Numbered from the stretch's first letter, positions 48,113 through 58,726 are shown. The stretch is DNA of 64,000 nt from an uncultured bacterium (GCA_963705915.1 OY970126.1:168306-232305); one strand, 5' to 3'. Numbers and translations are program-made. Notes: generated by a model from the letters alone, not told the origin.

Positions 48113-49834
48113 ATGGCCTACGATCCAAACAAAGATATTACGCCGATCGGCTACCACAACTATCGCGGCAATCGCGAAGAAAAATTTGGTATCAAACTTG
48201 ATGATCGGCGACGTCATGTTTACGTGATCGGAAAGACTGGCGTGGGCAAGTCGACGCTCCTCGAAAACATGGCGGTCGCGGACATTCAAGCGGGGAAGGG
48301 CATGGCATTCATCGATCCACACGGATCTTCCGCGGAAAAATTACTCGACTTTATTCCCGAAGAGCGCCTTGACGACGTGATCTATTTTGATCCATCGGAT
48401 ATGGAATTTCCGATAGCATTCAACCCTATGGAACAGGTCGGTACGCAATTCCGCCACCTTGTGGCATCGGGCCTCATGGGCGTTTTCAAAAAGATATGGG
48501 TGGATGCATGGTCCGCCCGTATGGAATATATTTTAAATAACACACTCCTTGCGCTCCTTGAATTCCCCGGTTCAACGGTGCTTGGGGTGCTTCGTATGTT
48601 TGCAGAGCCGGAATATCGCAAGAAAATCGTAAGCAACCTGCACGACCCAGTCATTAAAGCCTTCTGGCAAAATGAGTTTGCGCGCTATTCGCAGCGGCTT
48701 GAAACCGAAGCGCTCGCAGCCATCCAAAACAAAGTTGGGCAATTCGTTTCAAATCCGCTCATCCGCAATATTCTTGGCCAGTCGCGCTCAACGGTGAATA
48801 TGCGTGAGATTATGGATTCAGGGAAAATTTTGATCGTCAATCTTTCGAAAGGGAAAATCGGCGAAGACAATTCTGCTTTGCTTGGCGCGATGATGATCGC
48901 GCGTATGCAGCTTGCCGCCATGTCGCGCGCCGACACCCCCGAAGAAAAACTTCGCGACTTTTTCTTGTACGTCGACGAGTTTCAGAACTTTGCCACGGAT
49001 TCCTTTGCAAACATTTTGGCTGAAGCGCGCAAATATCGACTCAGTCTGGTTCTCGCCCATCAATATATTGGCCAGCTCGTGCTTTCTGAGGGCAACACCA
49101 AAGTGCGCGACGCAGTTTTTGGCAACGTCGGCACGATCATCAGTTTCCGCGTTGGCGCCCCGGATGCGGAATTTTTGGAGCCGGAATTCACGCCGGAATT
49201 TGAACAGCAGGACCTCGTAAATCTTTCAAAGACAAATATTTACTTAAAATTAATGATTGACGGCGTTTCGTCTCGTCCATTCTCCGCAACAACCTTGCCG
49301 CCTCCGAAGTTGCCACTCGTTTCTCATCGAGATGTGATTATCGCGAATTCGCGTCAAAAATATGGTACGCCGCGGAGTGTCGTCGAGGCGAAAATTGCTG
49401 GTGAGTGGGAAACGCAGAGCGATGTCGTGATCCAAGAGAAAATTGGCCGGCGTAACGAGCAACCGCTTTCGAGCGCTCTTAGGACTGATATGCCGGCGCG
49501 TATGCCTCGTGCGCCCGGGGGATCGCAGCAGAATCGACCATATAACGATCGGCCCGAACGGCGTATGCCACAGATGCAACAATCGCAAGCCAGGCCGCAG
49601 CAAGCCCAGCCCCAGCCGCAACTGCAGATGCAAGTCCCAGCCGAAGAAGGTAAGTCACAGCCAGAATCAGCGCCTATATCTCGACCGCGACCCACACCAC
49701 CACCGATTCGACACAAAGAAGAGATAACAGAGCCAAAACGAGTCCCAAAGCCGAACGTGGACATCGACGCCCTCCGGCGGGCGATCAGTGAATCCCTTAA
49801 GCGACAAAACGAAAACGATGGCGAAGGAGTTTGA
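48113..49834 (+). CDS. VirD4/TraD/HerA-like ATPase with disordered C-terminal tail
   Basis: RRHVYVIGKTGVGKS, DPHG, LYVDEFQNF, EARKY. Confidence 0.85.
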   Translation: MAYDPNKDITPIGYHNYRGNREEKFGIKLDDRRRHVYVIGKTGVGKSTLLENMAVADIQAGKGMAFIDPHGSSAEKLLDFIPEERLDDVIYFDPSDMEFPIAFNPMEQVGTQFRHLVASGLMGVFKKIWVDAWSARMEYILNNTLLALLEFPGSTVLGVLRMFAEPEYRKKIVSNLHDPVIKAFWQNEFARYSQRLETEALAAIQNKVGQFVSNPLIRNILGQSRSTVNMREIMDSGKILIVNLSKGKIGEDNSALLGAMMIARMQLAAMSRADTPEEKLRDFFLYVDEFQNFATDSFANILAEARKYRLSLVLAHQYIGQLVLSEGNTKVRDAVFGNVGTIISFRVGAPDAEFLEPEFTPEFEQQDLVNLSKTNIYLKLMIDGVSSRPFSATTLPPPKLPLVSHRDVIIANSRQKYGTPRSVVEAKIAGEWETQSDVVIQEKIGRRNEQPLSSALRTDMPARMPRAPGGSQQNRPYNDRPERRMPQMQQSQARPQQAQPQPQLQMQVPAEEGKSQPESAPISRPRPTPPPIRHKEEITEPKRVPKPNVDIDALRRAISESLKRQNENDGEGV

Positions 49835-50462
49835 TATCCTCACAATATTCCCCGATATATTTGATTCATATCTCAAGGAATCACTTTTTAAGCGGGCCCA
49901 AAAGAACGGTCTTGTTTCTGTGTGGGCACATAACATCCGTGATTTCACCAACGACAAGCATCAGAAAGTTGACGACCGGCCGTTCGGCGGGGGACCCGGC
50001 ATGGTTTTGCAGGTTCAACCGATTGCAAAAGCTATTGTAACATTGAAAAGAAAAAACGATCGTAAGAAAACCCGAATAGTATTATTTTCGTTGCGTGGGA
50101 AGAAGTTAAACGCAACCGTTGCAAAACGCCTTGCGAGCTATGATCGCCTCATCATGATCTGCGGTCGCTACGAAGGCGTGGATGAACGAGTCGCCGCGCA
50201 CATAGCCGACGAAGAAATTTCGATTGGCGACTATGTATTGAGCGGGGGCGAATTGCCGGCGCTCGTACTCATGGAATCAGTAGCCCGTTTTATTCCTGGG
50301 TTCTTGGGAAAACATGAATCACTGGAAGATTTTAAAGGTTCCTATCCTGCGTACACCCGGCCGGAGGTTTTCTCCCCGGGGAAAGGCCAGAAGTGGCCGG
50401 TTCCTAAGGTCCTCTTGTCAGGGGATCATAAGAAGATAGAGGAGTGGCGCCGTCGGCATTGA
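49818..50462 (+). CDS. trmD: tRNA (guanine-N1)-methyltransferase
   Basis: DDRPFGGGPGM, CGRYEGVDER, SIGDYVLSGGE, LLSGDH. Confidence 0.96.
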   Translation: MAKEFDILTIFPDIFDSYLKESLFKRAQKNGLVSVWAHNIRDFTNDKHQKVDDRPFGGGPGMVLQVQPIAKAIVTLKRKNDRKKTRIVLFSLRGKKLNATVAKRLASYDRLIMICGRYEGVDERVAAHIADEEISIGDYVLSGGELPALVLMESVARFIPGFLGKHESLEDFKGSYPAYTRPEVFSPGKGQKWPVPKVLLSGDHKKIEEWRRRH

Positions 50463-50504
50463 TTTTTTAGATTGTTTTAATCTGTCATACGGTATTCTGA
50501 CCGG

Positions 50505-51908
50505 ATGGCAAGACGCCTACCGATCCCGGATTTTGCTTTTGGCATTGCACTTGCGTTTATCGTGGGAATTTTTGCTGCGAGCCTTGCATGGAACTTGTTC
50601 GTTGTGGTGGCGTTGTGTGCTCTTATACTTATCAGCGCTCATTACATTGCTCGTTGTTTCCTTTGGAAAGAAACGGCTGCTGTCCTCGCCGTGCTGCTCT
50701 TCGGTGCACTATATTATCAATGGTATCTCGCCCGTGACGAGCACACGCTCACGCTCCCGTTTAATAAAGAAATATTCTTCACGGCAGTCGTTGCGGATGA
50801 GCCCAAGGAATCGGGAAATTACGAGACGTTTACCGTTGATCCATGGCGCTCGCACAGCATTTTTGTGCTTGCGGCGCCGAATAGCGGGTTCCGTTACGGC
50901 GATCTTCTTGAAATCGGCGGCTTACTTGATGAGCCAGATGCACCAGGAGGGGATCCGCTTATAGCGTCGCCAAAAATTTCAATCATCGCGCACCATCGAG
51001 GCTTTTGGCTGCGAGAAGACCTCATCAACTTCAAGGAAGCGATTATAGGCCAATATCAAAAATTCTTACCACCTGACCAGGCGGCTATTTTGGGTGGTGT
51101 CACGTTTGGCGGGAGTTCTGGCGTGAGTGATGTCCTTAAAAATGAAATGGAAGCGTCCGGCACGTCATACATCCTTTCGATGTATGGATATAAAATTGCA
51201 GCCGTGACGGCGCTCGCCGCCATCCTATGCGAAAATTTTTTCTCACGACGGATAACCTTTTTTATATCGCTTGGCCTCGTCGCGTGTTTTGTGCTCATGG
51301 CTGGCCTTGTGGCTTCGGCGATGCGCGCTGGCATCATGGCAGCAATTGCACTTATTGCAAAAGAAAGCGGCCGTCAGGTTGACAGGCGCAATGCAATAAT
51401 TTTTACGGCACTCATCATGCTACTCGGCGACCCGACGATGCTCATGGGTGACGCGGGTTTCCAACTTTCATGTCTCAGTATTTTGGGTATCACATATCTC
51501 CAAAAACCTTTCAAGCGATGGTGGGGATACGATGATGAGGGATTTTTAGGCTGGCGAGAAGGTGTGATCACCACGCTCGCCGTGCTTGCGCCGATGGTTC
51601 CGTTGGTGAGCAATGCCAACGGACAGTTCCCTATAACCTCGATCGCGTCGAATCTTCTCATGTTTCTTGCGACGCCATATACCCTGGGCCTTGGGGCAAT
51701 ACTCGCGGCATGCAGTTTTCTTTCGGTTGGTACGGCGTGGAGTATCGCCATGATCGGCGGGATCATCCTACGCTATGAACTTTTTGTAATTCGCTTGTTT
51801 TCTTTTGTCGTCATCCCGTTTCCTATTTCGTTTGGCATTCCTCTTGTTGTCGCCCTCTATTATGCTGCGCTCGCCATATTCCTATTTTATTTTTATGAAG
51901 ACGAGTAG
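50505..51908 (+). CDS. comEC: ComEC/Rec2 competence membrane domain
   Basis: SGTSYILSMYG (degenerate), SAMRA, GFQLS, SNL; multiple TM helices. Confidence 0.8.
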   Translation: MARRLPIPDFAFGIALAFIVGIFAASLAWNLFVVVALCALILISAHYIARCFLWKETAAVLAVLLFGALYYQWYLARDEHTLTLPFNKEIFFTAVVADEPKESGNYETFTVDPWRSHSIFVLAAPNSGFRYGDLLEIGGLLDEPDAPGGDPLIASPKISIIAHHRGFWLREDLINFKEAIIGQYQKFLPPDQAAILGGVTFGGSSGVSDVLKNEMEASGTSYILSMYGYKIAAVTALAAILCENFFSRRITFFISLGLVACFVLMAGLVASAMRAGIMAAIALIAKESGRQVDRRNAIIFTALIMLLGDPTMLMGDAGFQLSCLSILGITYLQKPFKRWWGYDDEGFLGWREGVITTLAVLAPMVPLVSNANGQFPITSIASNLLMFLATPYTLGLGAILAACSFLSVGTAWSIAMIGGIILRYELFVIRLFSFVVIPFPISFGIPLVVALYYAALAIFLFYFYEDE

Positions 51909-52485
51909 TCTTCCCACAAAAATAAAAACAATCCACCCCCTGAGTGTTTTTGTGATGTGCGCGCTGCTCATTGTTGACGGAGCGATTTGGTGGTCGTTAT
52001 TCCACAATATGAAGGTCCCGTCCTTGCACTCCTATAATCTATCTTCTGCAAAAGTAGCAAAGCCGGGCGATCCAAATCTGGTTATCTTCCCCGGGGGCGT
52101 AACCGTGCTCGTAAATGCTGGCGCAAACAGTGAAACCTCGCTCAATCTGCAACGGGTGATGCCTCAGGGCGCCACGTATCTCGATGCCGTCATCATAACA
52201 GCTCCAGTCAGCCGCTATTTTGGAGGCCTACAAACGATTCTCGACCATTTCCGCGTCGGCGCATTTTTTTACAACGGGCGAGATGCGCCGGACAACGGCT
52301 CTGATGTTTCTTCTTGGGCTGCGCTTATGGCGCGCCTCGCGGCCCAGCACATACCCATGATAACGCTTGGAGCGGGAGATTGCCTGCGGTATAAAGTCAA
52401 CGAAATCGATGTGTTGGCGCCGAACAATGATAGCGCACGCAGTGCGGATATTGAGCAAGCCGGACTGGAACTCAGTATCAGATGA
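51895..52485 (+). CDS. Truncated, degenerate ComEC-type metallo-beta-lactamase domain
   Basis: VLVNAG; DAVIITAPVSRYFGG in place of HxHxDH. Confidence 0.6.
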   Translation: MKTSSLPTKIKTIHPLSVFVMCALLIVDGAIWWSLFHNMKVPSLHSYNLSSAKVAKPGDPNLVIFPGGVTVLVNAGANSETSLNLQRVMPQGATYLDAVIITAPVSRYFGGLQTILDHFRVGAFFYNGRDAPDNGSDVSSWAALMARLAAQHIPMITLGAGDCLRYKVNEIDVLAPNNDSARSADIEQAGLELSIR

Positions 52486-52498
52486 TATAATTGAAGAT

Positions 52499-54010
52499 AT
52501 GACGCTCCTCGTGAAGAACGTCCACGTTGTGGGCGGCAATAGAACGCTTTTGGAACCGACCGATGTTTTTGTGAGCGGCGATCGTATCTCGGCGATCGGC
52601 AATTTTTCGAATAAACCTGCGGATGTAGTGCTCGACGGCCAGGGCGCATATCTCAGCCCGGGGTTCATAGACGTCGACACCGACTCAGACCATTATTTGA
52701 CGCTCTTTGAATATCCGAGTCAGGAAGATTTTTTAAGGCAGGGTGTGACAACAATCATGGGCGGCATGTGCGGCAGTTCACTGGCTCCGCTTATGTACGG
52801 CGGCCTTGAGTCATTGCGGAAATGGGGGAACACCGACCGCACCAACGTGGACTGGCATAGTGTGGCAGAACTCCTCGTGGCAATCGATAAACATCCCCTT
52901 GGGGTGAATTTCGGGACACTCATTGGACACTCGACGATTCGACGGGCAATCCTCGGCGAATCAATTCGCGACCTTACCAAGAGCGAGATGAATGTATTTA
53001 CGGAAACATTCATGACCGCCCTCACAGAAGGAGGCTTCGGCCTCTCAACTGGTTTAGCGTATGTGCATGCGCACAAGACTCCGTACGCCGAACTCAAAAC
53101 GCTTGCTGATTATGTCAAAAGATTTAACGGCGTTTATGCCACGCATCTGCGCGACGTTGAAGACGGCCTGGAGGCTGCTGTCCAGGAGGCGGTCACGTTA
53201 GTAGAAGACACCGACGTAAAAACGGTCATTAGTCACTTTGTCCCGATTCGCGGCCATGAAAAAGAATACGAACGGGCATTGCAATCCATTGAGGCGCTTC
53301 CGCAAGGTTTCGATTTTCGCTTTGACGTCTACCCATCGCTTTCAACGATGAATCCGATTTATACTTTTTTACCGCGATGGGCTCAAGATGGTGGCTACGA
53401 CGTGATGCTTGCGAACCTCAAGGATCCATGGCTTACCGGGAAGATGATTAAAGATATGCCGCCGATCGACGAAGCAAATTTTTTTGTTGCACAAGCTCCG
53501 GGCGGAGAGTTTCTGGTCGGCAAATCTCTAACAGAAATTAAGCAGCTTTATAATCTGAGCGATGGGCGCGAGGCGCTTCTGCGTCTTATGAGTGTTCTTA
53601 GCATGCGTGGTACCGTGCTTTATAAAAATATCAACGAGGCGCTCCTTATGAAAGCTCTTGTAAGCAAGAGGAGCTTTATTGCTTCGAATGCGCCGAGTTT
53701 TGATTTCAGTCATGAACGGCGCTTGAAGTCAGAAAGGACAAGCTCAACGTTCACAAAGTTTTTGTCGCTTGTCCAAGAGAAAAATATCATGCCGCTTGAG
53801 GATGGTATTCGCAAAATAACATCTGAGCCCGCCCGGATGTTTAACCTCGACAATAGGGGAGAGATAAAAGAAGGTAATTTTGCCGACCTCACCTGCTTCC
53901 GTGGAAGTGAAATAAAATTCACCATCGTGAACGGCGTGCTTGCTATGCAAGACGGCCAATACAAAGGGACGCTTTCTGGGAAGGCGCTGCGCCATCCCAT
54001 GCCGAAATAA
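52499..54010 (+). CDS. N-acyl-D-amino-acid deacylase-like amidohydrolase
   Basis: PGFID, QGVTT..GGMCG, STGL.Y, THLR, RG.I..G..AD. Confidence 0.8.
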   Translation: MTLLVKNVHVVGGNRTLLEPTDVFVSGDRISAIGNFSNKPADVVLDGQGAYLSPGFIDVDTDSDHYLTLFEYPSQEDFLRQGVTTIMGGMCGSSLAPLMYGGLESLRKWGNTDRTNVDWHSVAELLVAIDKHPLGVNFGTLIGHSTIRRAILGESIRDLTKSEMNVFTETFMTALTEGGFGLSTGLAYVHAHKTPYAELKTLADYVKRFNGVYATHLRDVEDGLEAAVQEAVTLVEDTDVKTVISHFVPIRGHEKEYERALQSIEALPQGFDFRFDVYPSLSTMNPIYTFLPRWAQDGGYDVMLANLKDPWLTGKMIKDMPPIDEANFFVAQAPGGEFLVGKSLTEIKQLYNLSDGREALLRLMSVLSMRGTVLYKNINEALLMKALVSKRSFIASNAPSFDFSHERRLKSERTSSTFTKFLSLVQEKNIMPLEDGIRKITSEPARMFNLDNRGEIKEGNFADLTCFRGSEIKFTIVNGVLAMQDGQYKGTLSGKALRHPMPK

Positions 54011-55122
54011 TGGCCAGCCATACTCCTCGGCGTGTCGCCCGGACGCCGGATTATTTTCTGATAGCCGTTATTTTTCTCCTCGTCGTATTCGGCCTCGCGA
54101 TGCTTGCGTCGGCATCGTCTGATCTTGGCAAGACACAATTCAATAACACCTACTACTATCTCGAGCATCAAATTTTATACGGGCTTTCGATCGGCATCGT
54201 CGGCTTCATCGTTACTTATGTTGTGCCGTTTTATACTTGGAAAAAGTTTGCTTTCATCTTTCTTTTGATCGGCGTGATGCTTCTCATAGCCGTTTTTACC
54301 CCGCTTGGTACAACCGCGCTTGGCGCAAGCCGTTGGCTCAAACTTGGGCCGCTGAGTTTCCAACCATCCGAGCTTATGAAGCTTCTTTTCATTATTTATC
54401 TTGCCGCATGGCTTTCAAACACCAAATTCAAGCGCTCGAATGATTTCCAGTCAGGCTTCGTGCCGTTTCTCCTTATTACAGCCCTGGTCGGTGGATTGCT
54501 TTTTCTCCAACCCGCAACAAGTACCGTGCTCATTTTGATGGGTGCCGGCCTTACCGTTTATTTTGTAAGTGGTGCTCCCTATAAATATATTATCGGTATC
54601 ATAGTGCTCGGTTGCGTCGTTGTTGCCGGACTTATTTATCTCACACCGTATCGACGGGCGCGGATCGTCGGCTATCTCGACACCAGCGCAAACACCCAGG
54701 GGCAAAATTATCAAGTGAATCAAGCCCTCATCGCTATCGGATCCGGTGGCCTTGCAGGCGTTGGTTACGGACAATCAGCAACGAAGACCAATTATCTTCC
54801 GACGCCGATCGATGACTCCATTTACGCCGTGACAGCCGAAGAGCTCGGATTCATCGGCGCTGCGATCCTTGCCATGCTTTTTGCATTGCTTGGCCTCAGG
54901 ATGTTTTGGCTCGCAAAGCGAATGGGCGACCAATTCGGACGGCTTCTTCTCGTTGGTTTCGGGATGGTTATCACGCTCCAAGCTTTTGTTAATATGGCCT
55001 CGATTTCCGGACTTATACCGCTCACGGGAGTGCCATTGCCGTTCGTGAGCTATGGCGGCACGGCTCTCGCAATCTCGCTCACGATGATGGGTGTTTCTGT
55101 GAATGTTACAAAATATCGATAA
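54010..55122 (+). CDS. ftsW: SEDS peptidoglycan polymerase FtsW
   Basis: RW, FQPSE, EELG, TGVPLPFVSYGG; upstream of murG. Confidence 0.92.
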   Translation: MASHTPRRVARTPDYFLIAVIFLLVVFGLAMLASASSDLGKTQFNNTYYYLEHQILYGLSIGIVGFIVTYVVPFYTWKKFAFIFLLIGVMLLIAVFTPLGTTALGASRWLKLGPLSFQPSELMKLLFIIYLAAWLSNTKFKRSNDFQSGFVPFLLITALVGGLLFLQPATSTVLILMGAGLTVYFVSGAPYKYIIGIIVLGCVVVAGLIYLTPYRRARIVGYLDTSANTQGQNYQVNQALIAIGSGGLAGVGYGQSATKTNYLPTPIDDSIYAVTAEELGFIGAAILAMLFALLGLRMFWLAKRMGDQFGRLLLVGFGMVITLQAFVNMASISGLIPLTGVPLPFVSYGGTALAISLTMMGVSVNVTKYR

Positions 55123-55142
55123 TAAAAAGATACAATATAACC

Positions 55143-56309
55143 ATGGCTCGAGCACAAGAAGGTTTTAGCGTAGTACTCGCTGGTGGCGGGAGTGGGGGGC
55201 ACATTTATCCGCTTTTTGCCGTCGCCGATGCCCTCAAGAAAAAAATGCAAGCCCTCGGCGGGACGACGGAATTTACCTACATCGGCCCGCACGACGCCTA
55301 CGCCCCACTCTTTACGGCGCGCAATATTCCGATCCGACCGATTGTCGCAGGCAAGATCCGCCGTTACTTTTCCTTCGACAACATTTTAGACATTCCAAAA
55401 TTTTTTATTGGCACGATCCAGGCGTTATGGCAGATGTATCTTGTTATGCCTGATGCTGTTTTTTCAAAAGGCGGGCCTGGCGCGTTTCCGGTGGTTCTCG
55501 CTGCATGGTTCTATCGAATTCCTGTCGCGATCCACGAGTCTGACGCGCAGCCAGGACTCAACAATCTCGCATCAGCGCGTTTTGCACGAAAAATTTTTGT
55601 GAGCTTTGCCCGTGCGGCACAATTTTTCAGCGCATCACAAACAACCGTGAGCGGCGCCCCGATTCGTGACGAACTTATACGGAGCAAGTCCACGAAAGAA
55701 GCGGCGAAGGAATCGCTCGGTTTTAAACCTGGCGAGCCTTTAACCCTCATCATCGGCGGTTCACAAGGTTCTATCCGCATTAATGAGTTTATCGTGGCAA
55801 ACCTTGCTGAGATTTTAAAGATCACACAGGTACTCCATCAAACCGGTATAGCAAACTTTGACGAGGTCAAAAAACTATCAAACGCAGCGCTTGCGGGTCA
55901 ATCCGCAGAAGACTTGGTTCGCTATAAAGCCATCAATTACTTCACGGGATCCGAGCCGAACGGAGCCGATAGCCTTCAGATTGCTTTTGCCGCAGCCGAT
56001 CTCGTTGTTATGCGTCCGGGCGGCACCATATTCGAAGTTGCAGCATTCGGTATTCCTGCCATCCTCATACCGATTATGGAGTCAGCGAATGACCACCAGC
56101 GAATCAACGCCTATGAATTTGCGGATGCCGGCGGCGGCGTGGTGATTGAAGAAAACAACTTGTTACCGGGAATATTTCTCTCGCAAATCAAAACCGTGTT
56201 TACAAATACTGACACGTACGCGAAAATGGCAGCTGCATCGGCCAAATTTTTCATCCCCGGAGCTGCGGAAACCATCGCAGACGGCATTATTGCCATGGTC
56301 GTACGGTGA
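55143..56309 (+). CDS. murG: Lipid I GlcNAc transferase MurG
   Basis: GGGSGGHIYP, KGG, HESD, GGSQG, HQ..NA. Confidence 0.92.
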   Translation: MARAQEGFSVVLAGGGSGGHIYPLFAVADALKKKMQALGGTTEFTYIGPHDAYAPLFTARNIPIRPIVAGKIRRYFSFDNILDIPKFFIGTIQALWQMYLVMPDAVFSKGGPGAFPVVLAAWFYRIPVAIHESDAQPGLNNLASARFARKIFVSFARAAQFFSASQTTVSGAPIRDELIRSKSTKEAAKESLGFKPGEPLTLIIGGSQGSIRINEFIVANLAEILKITQVLHQTGIANFDEVKKLSNAALAGQSAEDLVRYKAINYFTGSEPNGADSLQIAFAAADLVVMRPGGTIFEVAAFGIPAILIPIMESANDHQRINAYEFADAGGGVVIEENNLLPGIFLSQIKTVFTNTDTYAKMAAASAKFFIPGAAETIADGIIAMVVR

Positions 56310-56370
56310 TTGAAGCTTTACATTTTAGTAGTGGAATTTTATATTGTAGGCAGGCATTGAAACGTACATC

Positions 56371-56697
56371 ATGATAGGGGAGGGCTGGCAGCCTATGCTG
56401 AAGGGTTCGATAAGTTTGACGGGGGAAGAGGGCAGTCTGCAGTTTGCGATGAGGTTTATTCAGTCCGCGGTCGAAGATCTCAAGAGTAACCAACCAGAGC
56501 TTCAGGCCACGGCAGCCGTTTTCGTTTTCAGTGATTCAACCGTGAGCGATCTCGGCGACCTCAGAACTTTTGCCGGGCATTGTGCTCATTACAAACTTGA
56601 TCCTGATTATGTCGCCAAACAGATTTGGATGAAGCTGTCGAAAACAAAGAAAAAGCAGGCCATGGAATTCCTTCGGCAGGCCGGCTACGTAAAATGA
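56371..56697 (+). CDS. Hypothetical protein (start may be 56395)
   Basis: ORF followed by a hairpin at about 56708-56732. Confidence 0.5.
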   Translation: MIGEGWQPMLKGSISLTGEEGSLQFAMRFIQSAVEDLKSNQPELQATAAVFVFSDSTVSDLGDLRTFAGHCAHYKLDPDYVAKQIWMKLSKTKKKQAMEFLRQAGYVK

Positions 56698-56735
56698 ACG
56701 ACCATTAACCCCGCACGCTTTGCGCGGGGTTCGCT

Positions 56736-57245
56736 TTATTTATAGACGCACAAATTTGTAACGATAGGGCTCACAACCAGATAGAGCTGCCAGAGGAATA
56801 AACCGACAAAAATGACATAGGCTGCCGTTCGAATCGTCCTCTCGTAGCGAAATTTCTCGCCGTGCACTTTTTCGTAGCGCGCCTTTAAGATTCCCCAAAG
56901 CGATTGAAGAAAGATAAATCCAATATAGAGAATGCCAACGGTGAAAAGACTTTTGAGTGCCGCATCGTTCTGCGCCAATCGGTTTGGTACATCACAGTAT
57001 GCCTGCGCGAGAAAGATGAGAAGCGATAGTTCTGCGGCGACGACAAAAAGCGCTTTGATCACTGCCATGCCGGCGATTAAGGCAACCACGGCAAGGAGTG
57101 CCGTAAAGAGCAGTCCCAGCACAATCCAAAGACTTCCAACGATTGTGGCATTCGTCACAAAAAGAACGATCACATAAAGCACAGAAATTACGATCGCGAG
57201 ATAGGGGAGTTGTTTTTTGAAGCCTGACGAATCAGGTTGAGGCAT
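56736..57245 (-). CDS. Hypothetical membrane protein
   Basis: About 5 TM helices; TAGAAT 6 nt before ATG. Confidence 0.65.
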   Translation of the reverse strand: MPQPDSSGFKKQLPYLAIVISVLYVIVLFVTNATIVGSLWIVLGLLFTALLAVVALIAGMAVIKALFVVAAELSLLIFLAQAYCDVPNRLAQNDAALKSLFTVGILYIGFIFLQSLWGILKARYEKVHGEKFRYERTIRTAAYVIFVGLFLWQLYLVVSPIVTNLCVYK

Positions 57246-57274
57246 ACCTCTATTCTAAGCTACAATGAGTTATT

Positions 57275-58702
57275 ATGGCAGACGCTACAGATCGACCGGT
57301 TCGCGTCCGTATAGCGCCAAGCCCCACGGGCTCGCTCCATTTTGGCACCGCAAGGACGGCGCTCTTCAACTGGCTTTTTGCGAAGAAAAATGACGGTGTT
57401 TTTGTGTTGCGCATCGAAGATACCGACAAGGAACGATCGGAAAAAAAATATGAAGACGAAATCCTCGACGGTTTGAAGTGGCTCGGTCTTCTCTGGGATG
57501 AAGGTCCGTATCGTCAGAGTGAGCGAACCGCAATCTATAAGAAATATTTGGAAAAATTGCTCGCTGACGGACATGCCTATTATTGCTATTGCACAAAAGA
57601 AGATTTGGAAGCGCAGCGTCAAGCGATGCTCGATGCTGGCCTCGCACCAAAATACAGCGGCCACTGCCGGAATCTCAAAGAACCCCCGAACGATAAAAAG
57701 GCGGAAGTCATTCGTTTTAAAATTCCGGAAGTGAAAGTTGAGTTTAAAGACCTTGTCCGCGGCAAGGTGACATTCGACGCGGCGCTGTTTGGTGATCAGG
57801 TGATTGCAAAAAACCTCGATACGCCGCTCTATAACTTTGCCGTCGTGGTGGATGATGAACTTATGGAAATCAGCCACGTGATTCGCGGCGAGGATCATCT
57901 CTCAAATACGCCAAAGCAGATCCTCTTTCTGCGTGCACTTGGATTTAAAGAGCCAATATACGCCCACATCCCGCTCATTTTAAATCCCGACCGGAGTAAG
58001 ATGTCGAAACGCTTCGCCGATACCGCACTCCTCGAGTATCGCAACAAAGGTTATCTGCCAAGCGCCATCGTGAATTTTATGGCACTCCTCGGCTGGCACC
58101 CTAAAGACGACAAAGAAGTGCTCACCGCCGATGAAATCATTAAAGGATTCGATATGAGTCGCGTGCAGCAATCGGGGGCAATTTTTAACGAAGAAAAGTT
58201 AAATTATTTAAATCGCGAGCATATAAAGAAATTGAGCGAAAAAGAGATCGCGGATTTACTGGCACCCTTTATTGAGGCCGAGGCAGGGGAGGGGGCTAAG
58301 GAGTTGGACGAAAAAATGCTTAAGAATATTATCGCCGTCGAGCGGACGCGCGCAGTCACGCTGAAAGATTTTGTGACGGGAGGAAAATTCTTTCTTCACC
58401 TGCCTGATTACGAACCGAGTTTGTTGATTTGGAAGAACGTCTCGCAAAAAGATGTTGCCGCAACGCTCAAGGACGTCAAACGGGCACTTGAGGCCGTTGA
58501 ATCCGCTGAATTCAATAGAGAGTTTTTTACCCAAGCCCTCGCAGGCGTGATTGCGCAGGCGGGAAATAGGGGAACGGTACTCTGGCCGTTGCGGGTCGCC
58601 CTTTCCGGCCAGTCGGCGTCCCCCGACCCTTTTGACATTATGGAAATACTTGGCAAAGAAGAATCTCTGGCTCGTATCACGATCGCGATCAAGAAGTTGT
58701 AG
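57275..58702 (+). CDS. gltX: Glutamate--tRNA ligase
   Basis: RIAPSPTG, HFG, RIEDTD, RGEDH, KMSKR. Confidence 0.96.
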   Translation: MADATDRPVRVRIAPSPTGSLHFGTARTALFNWLFAKKNDGVFVLRIEDTDKERSEKKYEDEILDGLKWLGLLWDEGPYRQSERTAIYKKYLEKLLADGHAYYCYCTKEDLEAQRQAMLDAGLAPKYSGHCRNLKEPPNDKKAEVIRFKIPEVKVEFKDLVRGKVTFDAALFGDQVIAKNLDTPLYNFAVVVDDELMEISHVIRGEDHLSNTPKQILFLRALGFKEPIYAHIPLILNPDRSKMSKRFADTALLEYRNKGYLPSAIVNFMALLGWHPKDDKEVLTADEIIKGFDMSRVQQSGAIFNEEKLNYLNREHIKKLSEKEIADLLAPFIEAEAGEGAKELDEKMLKNIIAVERTRAVTLKDFVTGGKFFLHLPDYEPSLLIWKNVSQKDVAATLKDVKRALEAVESAEFNREFFTQALAGVIAQAGNRGTVLWPLRVALSGQSASPDPFDIMEILGKEESLARITIAIKKL

Positions 58703-58726
58703 ATTGGCGAGTGATATAATGAAAGA

